DNA from: Candidatus Aminicenantes bacterium
GTDB taxonomy: Bacteria > Acidobacteriota > Aminicenantia > Aminicenantales > JAFGBC01
Direction of reading: 5' to 3'
DNA length: 64,000 nt
Assembly: GCA_963702005.1 (NCBI GenBank)
Contig: OY969696.1
Coordinates: forward strand, 2,720,001-2,784,000
In this document: positions 1 through 9,423 of the stretch, piece by piece
Numbering within the stretch: position 1 is the stretch's first letter
Layout of the letters: each line of letters opens with the position of its first letter
Notes under the pieces: generated by a model
The model's input: only the letters and a program-made list of their open reading frames with translations
Database searches by the model: none
What the model was told of the DNA's origin: nothing
Program-made: the position numbers and the translations under genes

Positions 1-629
1 GGGGTCGGATCCAGCATGATCCCGGGCGAGATGCCGAGCGCCTTGAATAAGGTCTTGTTCCATGTCCTCTTCCCGGGATCAAGAAGCTGGGAGGTCGAGG
101 CGATCGTGTACTCGGTCGTCTGCCGGCCGGTCAAGAGATAATGGAAGAGGTCGGGCATGAAGAGAAGACGGTCCGCCGCCGCCAGAAGGGGAGACCGGTT
201 TCGGACCAACCTGTAGAGCTGGAACAGCGAATTGAAGGGCAGGAATTGGATACCGGTCAACTCGTAAATCCGCTCCCGCTTGACTTTCTTGAAAAACTCC
301 TCCATCGCCCCGCGGAGCTTGAAGTCGCGATAGGCGTAGGGAAGGCCGAGGATGGTGCCGTCCTTGGCCAGAAGGCCGAAGTCGACGCCCCAAGTGTCGA
401 CGGCCAGGCTGTCGATCTCCGTCGTAACATCCGCGGCGCAGATTTTAAGGGCTTTCTTGATCTCGGACAGGAGTCCGTAGATGTTCCAGTGGAGACCGCC
501 GTTGAGCGTCAGGATTTCGTTGGAAAATCGATGGAGCTCGTCGAGCGAAAGGCGGCCGTCCTGGAAGCGGCCGAGGACGGCGCGCCCGCTTTCGGCCCCG
601 AGGTCGAAGGCCAAAAAGCGGCGCGTCAT
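1..629 (-). CDS. rhaB: Rhamnulokinase/FGGY sugar kinase, N-terminal part (runs off the window start)
   Basis: Manual translation from the CAT at 627-629: MTRRFLAFDLGAESGRAVLG...LHW...IDSLAVDTWGVDFGLL...PYAYRD, typical RhaB motifs. Not in the ORF track because it is truncated. Confidence 0.85.
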   Translation of the reverse strand, partial: MTRRFLAFDLGAESGRAVLGRFQDGRLSLDELHRFSNEILTLNGGLHWNIYGLLSEIKKALKICAADVTTEIDSLAVDTWGVDFGLLAKDGTILGLPYAYRDFKLRGAMEEFFKKVKRERIYELTGIQFLPFNSLFQLYRLVRNRSPLLAAADRLLFMPDLFHYLLTGRQTTEYTIASTSQLLDPGKRTWNKTLFKALGISPGIMLDPT

Positions 630-783
630 CGCCGGGCGGCTCCGGCGGTCGGATGGAACGGCTTCAACCCTCATCTGTCCATTGCTTATCATAGACCGTA
701 TGACCGTCTGCTGGCAATGGGGTAGGGGACCTTTGAAAATAAGATCCTTTTCCCTTATCATAGTCGTGAAAGCATTGGCGGCC

Positions 784-2148
784 ATGGACTTCGACGACGA
801 AATCAAGTTGATTCGCAAACAGCGGACGTCTCGGCCTCGGGGCCGGACCGTCGAGGACGCCTGGCGGAAGATCGATGGGGAGGGAGAGCGCTCGACCAAG
901 GACAAGCTTCAGAGCCTGATCACCCTGACGGTCAAGAAAGACCGCGGCCGGACCGCCGGGACGGAGAAACCCGGATCCCCCGCCGCTCCCGCTCGGACGT
1001 CGCAGCCGCTCCGGATCTTCGAGAATCCCTATCCGCTCCATGTCCGCTACGGCCGGATCTCGCTCGCGGCCGGCCTTGACCTCGACCGGAATCTCATGGC
1101 CAAGCTCATTCGCGCCTCGAGTCGGGACGACGAGCCGGGCGAAGTCGACCTCCAGCGGGCCCTGTTCATCGACCTGGAGACGACCGGTCTGGCCGGGGGG
1201 ACGGGGACCCTGCCGTTCCTGGTCGGGATGGGATTCTACAAGGACGATCGCTTTCATGTCGTCCAGCATTTCCTGGAGGACCCGGCCGAAGAGGGTATCT
1301 TCATCGCCGGCCTCCGCCGCTTCTTCGGCGAGATGGACTTCCAGAGTTTGGTCACCTACAACGGAAAACTTTTCGACATCCCACTCCTCGAGACCCGCTT
1401 CGTCCTCAATCGGACGCCCTTCCCGCTGACCGACCTGCCCCATCTCGATTTTCTCTTTTCAGCCCGGACCCTCTGGAAACACAAGCACGAAAGCTGCCGG
1501 CTCTTTCATCTGGCCAGAGAGGTCGTCCAGGCCGACCGGCTCGAGGATATCCCCTCGGCCGAGATCCCGGTCCGCTATTTCGAATACCTCCGGACGCGGG
1601 ATTTTTCGCTGATCGAGCCCATCCTCTACCACAACCAGGAAGATATCCTATCCCTGCTCGGGGTCGTCATCTCGGGACTCCACCAGATCGCCGAGGGAGA
1701 AAGGACGGCCGCGGCCGGCGCTCCGTCCGACGCCATGGACCTCTACGGAACGGGAAAGTTCTTCGAGCGGGTGGGCGATGCCGAGACCTCCGTCCGCTAC
1801 TACGAGCGGGCCCTCCAAGGCCGGCTGTCGAGGGATACGGCCGCGGCGGCCCGCCGGAGCCTTTCGGCCCATTTCAAGAAAGCCAAAAAGTACGACCGGG
1901 CGGTCGCCCTTTGGCAGGAAATGACCCGAGCGAACCAGCTGGTAAGTTTCCGGGAACTGGCCATTCACTACGAGCATCGCGAAAAAAATCTTCAAAGGGC
2001 CCTCAACGTCGCCCAGGAGGGCATGGTCCTGGCCCTGGATGAGGCCGCCGAGTTGTTCCTGAAGGATTTCGAGCACAGGATCGAACGGCTCAAAGCTAAG
2101 CTCGGCCGGGCCGCGATACCGAGGCCGGTGAAGGGAAGGACAAAATGA
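784..2148 (+). CDS. RNase H-like (YprB/MrfB-like) exonuclease with C-terminal TPR-like region
   Basis: LFIDLETTGL, LVTYNGKLFDIP, HLDFL and YHNQEDI motifs; helical repeat C-terminus; start taken at ATG 784. Confidence 0.8.
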   Translation: MDFDDEIKLIRKQRTSRPRGRTVEDAWRKIDGEGERSTKDKLQSLITLTVKKDRGRTAGTEKPGSPAAPARTSQPLRIFENPYPLHVRYGRISLAAGLDLDRNLMAKLIRASSRDDEPGEVDLQRALFIDLETTGLAGGTGTLPFLVGMGFYKDDRFHVVQHFLEDPAEEGIFIAGLRRFFGEMDFQSLVTYNGKLFDIPLLETRFVLNRTPFPLTDLPHLDFLFSARTLWKHKHESCRLFHLAREVVQADRLEDIPSAEIPVRYFEYLRTRDFSLIEPILYHNQEDILSLLGVVISGLHQIAEGERTAAAGAPSDAMDLYGTGKFFERVGDAETSVRYYERALQGRLSRDTAAAARRSLSAHFKKAKKYDRAVALWQEMTRANQLVSFRELAIHYEHREKNLQRALNVAQEGMVLALDEAAELFLKDFEHRIERLKAKLGRAAIPRPVKGRTK

Positions 2149-3152
2149 AAGCCATGGTCCTCGAAGCCTTCGCTCCCGTCAAGGAAAAACCCCTCAAGCT
2201 TATGGACCAGCCCGTCCCCGATCCCGGGCCGGGCGAGATCCTGCTCTGGATCGAATTCTGCGGCGTCTGCCACTCGGACCTCCATATCGTCGAAGGCGAC
2301 CTCAAGGACGCCCGGCTCCCCATCATCCCCGGCCATCAAGTCGTGGGCATCGTGATCAAGGCGGGGGAGGGGGCGGGAGAGAGGCTCACGGTCGGCACGA
2401 AAGCCGGGGCCGCCTGGCTCTATGCGGCTTGCGGATACTGCGAATTTTGCCTCAGCGGCCAGGAGAACCTGTGCCGGATGGCCCGGTTCACGGGCTATCA
2501 TGTCAACGGCGGGTACGCCGAATACATGGTCATTCCCGAGAAGTTCGCCTATCGAATCCCGGAGGGTTTCACAAACCTTCAGGCGGCGCCCCTTCTCTGC
2601 GCAGGGATCATCGGCTATAGGGCCCTGCGCATGAGCGGGGCGGCAGCCGGGTCGCGCCTTGGTCTCTACGGGTTCGGCGCCTCGGCGCACATCGCCATCC
2701 AAGTGGCGAAGCGCTGGGGCTGCGAGGTCTTCGTCTTCTCGAGGAGCGAGAAACACCGCCAACACGCGCTTGAGCTCGGGGCGGCCTGGGCGGGGGATGT
2801 CCAGGATGAGCCTCCCTCCAAACACCTGTCCTCGGTCGTTTTCGCGCCGGCGGGAGAGGTCGTCCTCAGTGCGCTCGATAATACAGACCGGGGCGGGACC
2901 GTGGCCGTGGCCGGGATCACCATGACGCCCCTGCCCGAGCTGGACTACGAAAAACACCTCTATTGGGAGCGGACGCTCCAAAGCGTCTCCAACGCCACGC
3001 GTGTCGACGGGGAAGAACTTCTCAAGCTCGCCTCCGAGATCCCGGTCAAGACTTCGACCAAGGTCTTCGCCCTCAAGGAAGCCAACGAAGCGCTCATCGA
3101 GATCAAGGAAAGCCGGATCAAGGGCGCCGCGGTCCTCAAGATCGGGAAATAA
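2145..3152 (+). CDS. Zinc-dependent alcohol dehydrogenase
   Basis: CGVCHSDLH, GHQ, CGYCEFCLSGQENLC structural Zn cluster, GLYGFGAS. Confidence 0.92.
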   Translation: MKAMVLEAFAPVKEKPLKLMDQPVPDPGPGEILLWIEFCGVCHSDLHIVEGDLKDARLPIIPGHQVVGIVIKAGEGAGERLTVGTKAGAAWLYAACGYCEFCLSGQENLCRMARFTGYHVNGGYAEYMVIPEKFAYRIPEGFTNLQAAPLLCAGIIGYRALRMSGAAAGSRLGLYGFGASAHIAIQVAKRWGCEVFVFSRSEKHRQHALELGAAWAGDVQDEPPSKHLSSVVFAPAGEVVLSALDNTDRGGTVAVAGITMTPLPELDYEKHLYWERTLQSVSNATRVDGEELLKLASEIPVKTSTKVFALKEANEALIEIKESRIKGAAVLKIGK

Positions 3153-3164
3153 CGCACCCCGCGA

Positions 3165-3193
3165 TTGAAAATGGGCACCTATTACGTTATATT
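3165..3193 (+). promoter_or_regulatory. Sigma70-type promoter of tRNA-Arg
   Basis: TTGAAA-N17-TATATT ending 24 nt upstream of the tRNA. Confidence 0.6.
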
Positions 3194-3217
3194 AGGGAAG
3201 ATTTTCGGCATCATGAT

Positions 3218-3306
<89 letters not shown>

Positions 3307-3400
3307 ATATAGAACTGATTTTCAGTTAGTTAGCCTTTCTGACCTGGGCGGCCCGGTTTAATCTGGATTAGCCTCAATTTGCCCCTATTATCCCTCTAAC

Positions 3401-3421
3401 GTGGCACAAATGTGGCACAAA
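3401..3421 (+). repeat. Putative integrase arm-type sites, element 1 left arm
   Basis: GTGGCACAAA twice at 11-bp spacing; same motif at 16082. Confidence 0.7.
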
Positions 3422-3434
3422 AATATTTAATGGA

Positions 3435-4625
3435 TTATAAAATTACGACTCGGAGCTTGCCTTCGTCCGTGACGATGAGCTTTCTAAAGCCGGCTTGATA
3501 TGGTGGACCAAGAACGAAGCTAAATCGCGCATGAAGCTTTTGGAGTTTTTGAACTTGCTCTTCAAGCATGCGTATCTGACGCGGAGTCGACTTTGGATTC
3601 TGACGACAAGTTGCCAAGGTAGCTTTAGCGGTGCCCAATTCTTTGTCCTTATACAAACATTCAAAGGGCCAGCCGTCTATCGGCCTGAAATTCTTGTATC
3701 GGCTCAAAAGGTTATTTTTCAAAGTCCGCATGGCCTTTTCCGCGGGCTGTTTCGCGTGTGTACCGATGAATTTGATGAGCTCAGGAATCCGCGTGGAATG
3801 AAAGTGAATATCTAAGAGCAGGAAAATCACGAGCGGCCAGTCCGTCTTAAGCCGATGCTGTCCATCCTTCCGAAGGACATAATTGCGCTTTCGATCAAGT
3901 TTCCAGCGCGTGGCCTTCCGAATCAGGTGATAGACAAGAACATTGTAGGGGTGCGGGTGTTTTCCGCGCTTCCCGCGGGCGAGTTTGAAATAAGGAATCA
4001 TAGATTTTTCAATCTGATTTATTATCTTCGCCAATTTAATCCGCCATACCAAAAACTGTCTAGCATTTTCTTTTAAACCCGCCAGGTTCTTCTCGCGTTG
4101 CTGTTGCCTAAAATATAGATCTTCAACATAGATATCCCACTTGACCTGATTGTCCAAGATATTATTAAATTTCTCGATCTCAGCCTCTATTTTATCGATC
4201 TTATATTGAATCATTCTCTCAGCATTGTTTTTGGGCTTCGCTAAAGCCCAGGCAAAAGGCTCGGCAGCGCCAGGCGCCAGTCTCCTCCAATCCCGATGAA
4301 AGCTTAAAATCGACCTTTCAAATTGCGATTCTTGAGCTTGGTTATCCTTCTCGATTTTGCAGAGCTCCCGAAGTAATAGCTCGAGGCGGCAATAGAGATT
4401 AGCCTTGGCATGACGGCTCGGGTTGTCTTCGTCTTGGACATCGATTCCCTTTTTCATATAGAGCGGATCAATAAGTTCCCTAATTATCTCCCTCTTTTTC
4501 TTCTTGATATCCGGCCAGGCTCTAGGATTCAAACCTAAAAACTCCTCAACCTGCGTACGGTCCCCTTTCTTCACAGCGTTGACCACGTCAATAAAAAGGG
4601 GTGAATTGCGTTCATTGAATAGCAT
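3435..4625 (-). CDS. Hypothetical protein (396 aa, lower GC), divergent from the HTH pair
   Basis: Long AT-richer ORF, basic and helical, no recognised motif. Confidence 0.7.
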   Translation of the reverse strand: MLFNERNSPLFIDVVNAVKKGDRTQVEEFLGLNPRAWPDIKKKKREIIRELIDPLYMKKGIDVQDEDNPSRHAKANLYCRLELLLRELCKIEKDNQAQESQFERSILSFHRDWRRLAPGAAEPFAWALAKPKNNAERMIQYKIDKIEAEIEKFNNILDNQVKWDIYVEDLYFRQQQREKNLAGLKENARQFLVWRIKLAKIINQIEKSMIPYFKLARGKRGKHPHPYNVLVYHLIRKATRWKLDRKRNYVLRKDGQHRLKTDWPLVIFLLLDIHFHSTRIPELIKFIGTHAKQPAEKAMRTLKNNLLSRYKNFRPIDGWPFECLYKDKELGTAKATLATCRQNPKSTPRQIRMLEEQVQKLQKLHARFSFVLGPPYQAGFRKLIVTDEGKLRVVIL

Positions 4626-4687
4626 TTTCTAGTTGCCTTCGACCCTTATCCTACATCATACTTTAAGGCGTAGCAAGGAATTTCAAA

Positions 4688-4906
4688 ATGAAAAAAGAAG
4701 GCACAAAGATTCAGCCGGGACGGACGCTGAAGAGTCTCCGCGTTTTAGCGGGACTTAATCAGAAGGATCTGGGAAATCTTATCGGAATTTCTCAGCAGGA
4801 GATCTCGAAGCTGGAGCACGGCGTATTTCTTCCGGGGTCCGAACTCAGACAAAAAATCTCGGACGCGCTAGGTCAGCCGGCCTCCATTATCTATCCGGAG
4901 CTCTAA
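4688..4906 (+). CDS. XRE/Cro-like HTH regulator
   Basis: LKSLRVLAGLNQKDLGNLIGISQQEISKLEHG. Confidence 0.88.
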   Translation: MKKEGTKIQPGRTLKSLRVLAGLNQKDLGNLIGISQQEISKLEHGVFLPGSELRQKISDALGQPASIIYPEL

Positions 4907-5128
4907 GTGGAATCTAGATATCTTCGACTCCCGGCAGCCTCCTTATATTTGGGATTAAGCCGGAGCACTGTATATAAATTGGTAAGTCGTCGGAAAATTC
5001 CGCACGTGAAGCTCGGCAAGGTCCTTATTTTTGACAAAAAAATTATCGATAGGTGGATGGCCCGGCGCCGGCAAGATCCGCCTGGCTGGGGCGCAGAGAA
5101 TCACGCGGCCCGCGCGTCAATGGAGTAA
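4907..5128 (+). CDS. Excisionase/AlpA-like HTH_17 protein
   Basis: YLGLSRSTVYKLVSRRKIPHVKLGKVLIFDKKIIDRW; GTG start. Confidence 0.85.
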   Translation: MESRYLRLPAASLYLGLSRSTVYKLVSRRKIPHVKLGKVLIFDKKIIDRWMARRRQDPPGWGAENHAARASME

Positions 5129-5131
5129 AAA

Positions 5132-7219
5132 TTGAGCGATATTAAGTTCGTTGTCACTGTTGACACCGCTTCTGGCAAGGCGGCCATCAAGCAGCTCGAG
5201 GGCGACATCCAGGGTCTTGGCACAACGTCAACGAAGTCCGGCAGTGCTCTGGGCGGGATGTGGAAGCAGGTTATCGGGGGGATGAGTGCTTACAGCCTTC
5301 TGAGCAAGGCTGGTCGTGAGGTCGTACAGTTCCTGGAGGATACCTGGAAGGCGGCGCTTGATGCCGAGGCGGCCGACAACGAACTCCGAAACGCCCTGGC
5401 CTCCACGGGCCGGGAGGTTGAGGCGAATGCCAAACATTTCAGCGACCGGGCGGCGGCGCTCCAGGACATGACGGTTTACGACGATGAGGCCATCAAGCGC
5501 GTCCAGGCCCTGCTCCTGCAACTTACGAACCTGGACCAGAAGGGACTGGACGCGGCGACCAAGGGCGCCATCGGCTTGGCTACGACACTGAAGATCGACC
5601 TTCAGAGTGCGGCGTCGATAGTAACCAAGGCGATGGAAGGTAATTATGCGTCCCTGGGCCGGTACGGGATTAAAGTCCGAGAGACGGGGACTGAAGAGCA
5701 GAAGCGTGCGGACCTGCTGGCCAAGTTGGGGGTCCTCTATCAGCGGTCGGTGGCCGAGACCGACACGGTTCGGGGCGCCCTGATTCAGTTGAAAAACGCA
5801 TACCAGAATGTTCAAGAGGAAATCGGAGGCGCCGTCGTCAAGAGCTCCGAGTTTCGGGATATCCTCGTCCTTATCAAGACGTTCGTTAAAGAGTTCGGCT
5901 TCATACTGACGCACGATCTCGGCGGGGGATTCAACGTCATTAAAACGTCGCTCGCCTCTTTTCTTGACCTCGTCCGGACCCGGTTCGGCCCGGCGCTCGC
6001 TCTCATGGAGCTCGAGCATGCGAAATATCTGAAGACGCAGCGGGAGGGCTCCGCGATCATCCTCATGGGGACGAAGGCTCTGGAGGGCATGGATAAGGCT
6101 CTCAAATCGGTCGGCATAGACGTCAGGAATCTCGTACCGTGGATCGGTAAGACAGGGGAGGAAACCAAGAAGGCCGGCAAGACCCTGGAGGATTATCAAA
6201 AGGAGGGAAAGGCGCTCGGCGTCACGATCAGAGCTGACCTCATCGAGAAACTCGCCGCGATGCAGAAGGGCCTGACCTCGCTCTCGGGCGCGGGGCAGCT
6301 TGCGGCCCCAGATATCGTCAAGGTCAAGTTGGCCATCATCGACCTGAAGCTTCAACTCGGACAGATCAGCCCCGAGATGGCGGCGACCGAGAAGAGCATC
6401 GTCACGGGATGGAGAAGTGTTCAAGCGAAAGTAGTTCCCATAACGCAAGAGATCAGCCTGGGGATAACGAAGCTCACGAAGACCGACCAGGCTTGGGCTG
6501 CACAGGTGGTCAGGGATTCCGGTTTAGCTGTTAGCTCTTATCAGAGAACTGCCAATAAGGCGAGAGAAGTTGAGGGAGTTATTTTTCAAGCTCAGCAAAA
6601 TATGATGACTTCGAACGAAGCCTTAGCAGAAAATGCCGCCCAATATCTTTCAAAGATCGAGCAAGCCTTTGAAGATCTCAAAGTTAGTTGCGGTGATGCC
6701 TTTGTTCAGATCGGCCTCGGCCATAAGAATTTTCTTGAAGGAGCCAAGGAGCTAGTCGAGCAATTCGGAAATGAAGTCGGGGCCGCGACGCGAAAATGGA
6801 TGATGGATCTAGCCGGCCAGACTGCACGCGAATTTATTATGAACCAGGCCAAGGCACTGCAGGGTGTTTTGGCTTCGATCTTCTCGAAAATTCCCTTCCC
6901 GTTTTCTATCGTCGCGGCCGGCACGGCGATTGCGGCTGTCACGGCCCTCTTTGCTAAGATCCGGGCGTTCGAGTCGGGAGGCATCGTCATGCGGCCGACC
7001 CTAGGGATGATCGGTGAGGCTGGCCCGGAGATGGTCCTCCCCCTAACGCCCAAGACGATCAATAATTACTTCGGGGGAAACCAGGGTAGGAGCCGTCCCA
7101 TGCAGCCGACCATCATTATCAAGATCGGGGACGATGTCCTGGTTAAAAAGGTGGTCGACATCGTCGAGAACGAGTCCAGATTAGGCAAAATGAAAATTAG
7201 CTCAAGGGCAATCATCTAG
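5132..7219 (+). CDS. Phage tail tape-measure-like protein (695 aa)
   Basis: IKFVVTVDT N-terminus; Ala/Leu-rich helical body; KAMEGNYASLGRYGI; hydrophobic PFPFSIVAAG segment; C-terminal FESGGIVMRPTLGMIGEAGPEMVLPL typical of TMPs. Confidence 0.8.
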   Translation: MSDIKFVVTVDTASGKAAIKQLEGDIQGLGTTSTKSGSALGGMWKQVIGGMSAYSLLSKAGREVVQFLEDTWKAALDAEAADNELRNALASTGREVEANAKHFSDRAAALQDMTVYDDEAIKRVQALLLQLTNLDQKGLDAATKGAIGLATTLKIDLQSAASIVTKAMEGNYASLGRYGIKVRETGTEEQKRADLLAKLGVLYQRSVAETDTVRGALIQLKNAYQNVQEEIGGAVVKSSEFRDILVLIKTFVKEFGFILTHDLGGGFNVIKTSLASFLDLVRTRFGPALALMELEHAKYLKTQREGSAIILMGTKALEGMDKALKSVGIDVRNLVPWIGKTGEETKKAGKTLEDYQKEGKALGVTIRADLIEKLAAMQKGLTSLSGAGQLAAPDIVKVKLAIIDLKLQLGQISPEMAATEKSIVTGWRSVQAKVVPITQEISLGITKLTKTDQAWAAQVVRDSGLAVSSYQRTANKAREVEGVIFQAQQNMMTSNEALAENAAQYLSKIEQAFEDLKVSCGDAFVQIGLGHKNFLEGAKELVEQFGNEVGAATRKWMMDLAGQTAREFIMNQAKALQGVLASIFSKIPFPFSIVAAGTAIAAVTALFAKIRAFESGGIVMRPTLGMIGEAGPEMVLPLTPKTINNYFGGNQGRSRPMQPTIIIKIGDDVLVKKVVDIVENESRLGKMKISSRAII

Positions 7220-7488
7220 TGGACGGTGAGCTGATCGGAGTCTTTTTGGCCGGGGTCTTTAGGCAGGACCCCCGTCGATTTCTTCTGGTCTTTGGCCCCT
7301 CGGCCAACACCTTCACCTTAACTTTTGTACCAACCGACGAGGCGGGGGAGCGCCTCCCGCTCACGTTTGAGACTATCTCCGCGATGCTCGAGGAAGCGAT
7401 CAAGAAGAGCTTCCTGGACCATGCCGTAGACGCCAAAGATGAGGCCGGCGAATGGGGGGGGGAGTTCGGGAAGCGGGGCAACGCTTAA
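7219..7488 (+). CDS. Hypothetical protein
   Basis: Coupled to the TMP stop; co-oriented. Confidence 0.55.
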   Translation: MDGELIGVFLAGVFRQDPRRFLLVFGPSANTFTLTFVPTDEAGERLPLTFETISAMLEEAIKKSFLDHAVDAKDEAGEWGGEFGKRGNA

Positions 7489-7519
7489 GGGCAACTGCGT
7501 TTTTTAAGGATTCGAACAA

Positions 7520-8896
7520 ATGAGCAACGAAGTCGAGCGCGGGATCCTGGCGGCCCTGGCATTGAGGCCGTCGCTCTTCGAGCTGGCCGACGTCACAGCG
7601 GCGGATTTCGCACCGGGCCGAACGCGGGAGATGTTCTCGCTCATGGCTGAACAATGGGAATCAGACCGTCCGGCTGATTCGGAAGGGATCGATCTCAATC
7701 GGATCGCAGACAAGCTTAGGGGAGACTGCCCAGGAACATTTTGCGCGGAGATTATATCAGGCCAGGTCCGGGTCGAGCCCGAAACGTTCAAGCGCCGCGT
7801 CGCCGAGATCAGGCGTTGCCGACGATCCGAGCAAATCGTCACGGAGGCCCTTAAACTAGGAGAGATCCATCTCAAGACCGGAGCCTTTGACAAGGAAGGA
7901 TTCGCCGAACTGAGCCGGCTGATCGTTAAGCAGAGTGCGAACGGCGGACCCCAGATCGACGTCCTCGAGGTGCTGCGCACGGGGACCGAGCTCCAAAAGC
8001 TGGACGCACGAATCGAATATAGCATAGACAAGCTCTTGCCGGCCAAAAGCCTAACGCTTTTCCACGGTCGAGGAGGGATCGGAAAAACCTGGATCTGTCT
8101 CCAGCTCGCCGCCGCCGTTTCGGAGGGCGTCCCCGTATTCGGACAGGCTTCACGGCTTCAACCCGTCGTCTTCATCAACTTTGAGAATCCGCTCGCAATC
8201 ATGGTTGAAAGGGTCCGGCGCCTCGATGTCCGGTACGTTCACTTCTGGGACCGATCGGCGGATCCCCGCCCTCCCAAACTTGACTCCCCAGATTACGAGC
8301 TCTACAAAAAGCTCCCGGCCGGAGCGCTGCTGATATTCGACTCGCTCAGGTCTGGACATGACGGGGACGAAAACTCGAGCCGGGATATGGCGATCGTCAT
8401 GGGGCGCCTCAAAGAGTTCCGGGAGGCCGGCTTCACCGTCCTGGTCAACCATCACTCGGCAAAAGGCAACGAGAAGAGCTATAAGGGCTCGACGGCGATC
8501 TCCGATCTCGCCGACCATGTCCTGTCTTTCTTCAAGGTCCGGCCATCCAGCTTCGAGGAGATTGAAGACGATCTGGGCCCGGCCCCCGGGGACCTCTTCT
8601 ATTTTGGGACGCGCGAAAAAACGCGCTACGAGCCCTTCAAGCTCTTCCTGAGTTTCCAGGACGGAGGCAGCTTCATCCTGGCCGGAGATCCGGATGTGGA
8701 TAAGCTGGCCGAGATACAGGCCTTCATCGGATCCGCCGGCCACGGCCTGACTCAAACAGAGGTCTGCGCCTGGGCGAAAGCTGAGTTTGGCATCGGCAAG
8801 AAAGGCAAGATCATCGCGCTCCTGACCAAAGGCGCCTCAGCAGGGCGCTGGAGGTCCCGGCGCGACGGCTACCGGAGGATCTATGAATCACTTTGA
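7520..8896 (+). CDS. Replicative helicase, DnaB-N-like domain plus RecA-fold AAA_25 (RepA-like)
   Basis: EVERGILAAL...ADF N-terminus; Walker A GRGGIGKT; LLIFDSL; HHSAK; YKGSTA. Confidence 0.82.
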   Translation: MSNEVERGILAALALRPSLFELADVTAADFAPGRTREMFSLMAEQWESDRPADSEGIDLNRIADKLRGDCPGTFCAEIISGQVRVEPETFKRRVAEIRRCRRSEQIVTEALKLGEIHLKTGAFDKEGFAELSRLIVKQSANGGPQIDVLEVLRTGTELQKLDARIEYSIDKLLPAKSLTLFHGRGGIGKTWICLQLAAAVSEGVPVFGQASRLQPVVFINFENPLAIMVERVRRLDVRYVHFWDRSADPRPPKLDSPDYELYKKLPAGALLIFDSLRSGHDGDENSSRDMAIVMGRLKEFREAGFTVLVNHHSAKGNEKSYKGSTAISDLADHVLSFFKVRPSSFEEIEDDLGPAPGDLFYFGTREKTRYEPFKLFLSFQDGGSFILAGDPDVDKLAEIQAFIGSAGHGLTQTEVCAWAKAEFGIGKKGKIIALLTKGASAGRWRSRRDGYRRIYESL

Positions 8897-8903
8897 CCGT
8901 GAT

Positions 8904-9135
8904 TCTGTCCCTCTGTCCCCCCTTATAAAGGGGGGGACAAAGGGAACAGAGTCATTCACTCTCTGTCCCAAGCCTAGGGAACAGACTGGGACAGAGGGGA
9001 CAGAGAGAGGGATCCTTCCTGTCCGGATTGTCTCGTCCCAGGGGACAGAGAGGCGAAAAATAGGGCTTTTTAACTGCACAAGAAATTGTGCACTTTTAAG
9101 CTCTGTCCCCGCGTTCGGGAACAGAGTCGGAACAG
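8904..9135. repeat. Iteron array and AT-richer tract: putative replication origin
   Basis: About 11 copies of GGG(A)ACAGA in both orientations immediately after the helicase gene; AT-richer tract ~9055-9100. Confidence 0.78.
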
Positions 9136-9423
9136 CCACGCGAAACGTCTCCGGACGGCCCTGGAGATCGAACGGCCAGAAACGCAAGAATGCCAACTCA
9201 GGAAACTACCCAGATCGGGCTCAGGTGCTTCGAGCCGGGAAAAGGCGAGACCGTTTGATTACGAGACAGAGGGTCCGGGCCGCTCTCTCGGGGAAAACAG
9301 AGGCTCCGGCCGTGCTCTGTGCCACATCTGTGCCAGTAAAAAGGCCGCGCGGGGGCGCCCTGGAATCCCAACTTACTGTTGATAAACAGGTTACATACTA
9401 CCTGATTACCCAGGGGAAATAAG

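Noticed and set aside
8904-9135. CRISPR array
   Set aside because: Repeats are 8-10 bp, in mixed orientation and irregularly spaced; no cas genes in the window.
8883-9422. 179-aa ORF after the helicase
   Set aside because: It runs through the iteron array, and its GTE repeats simply translate the iterons; probably non-coding.
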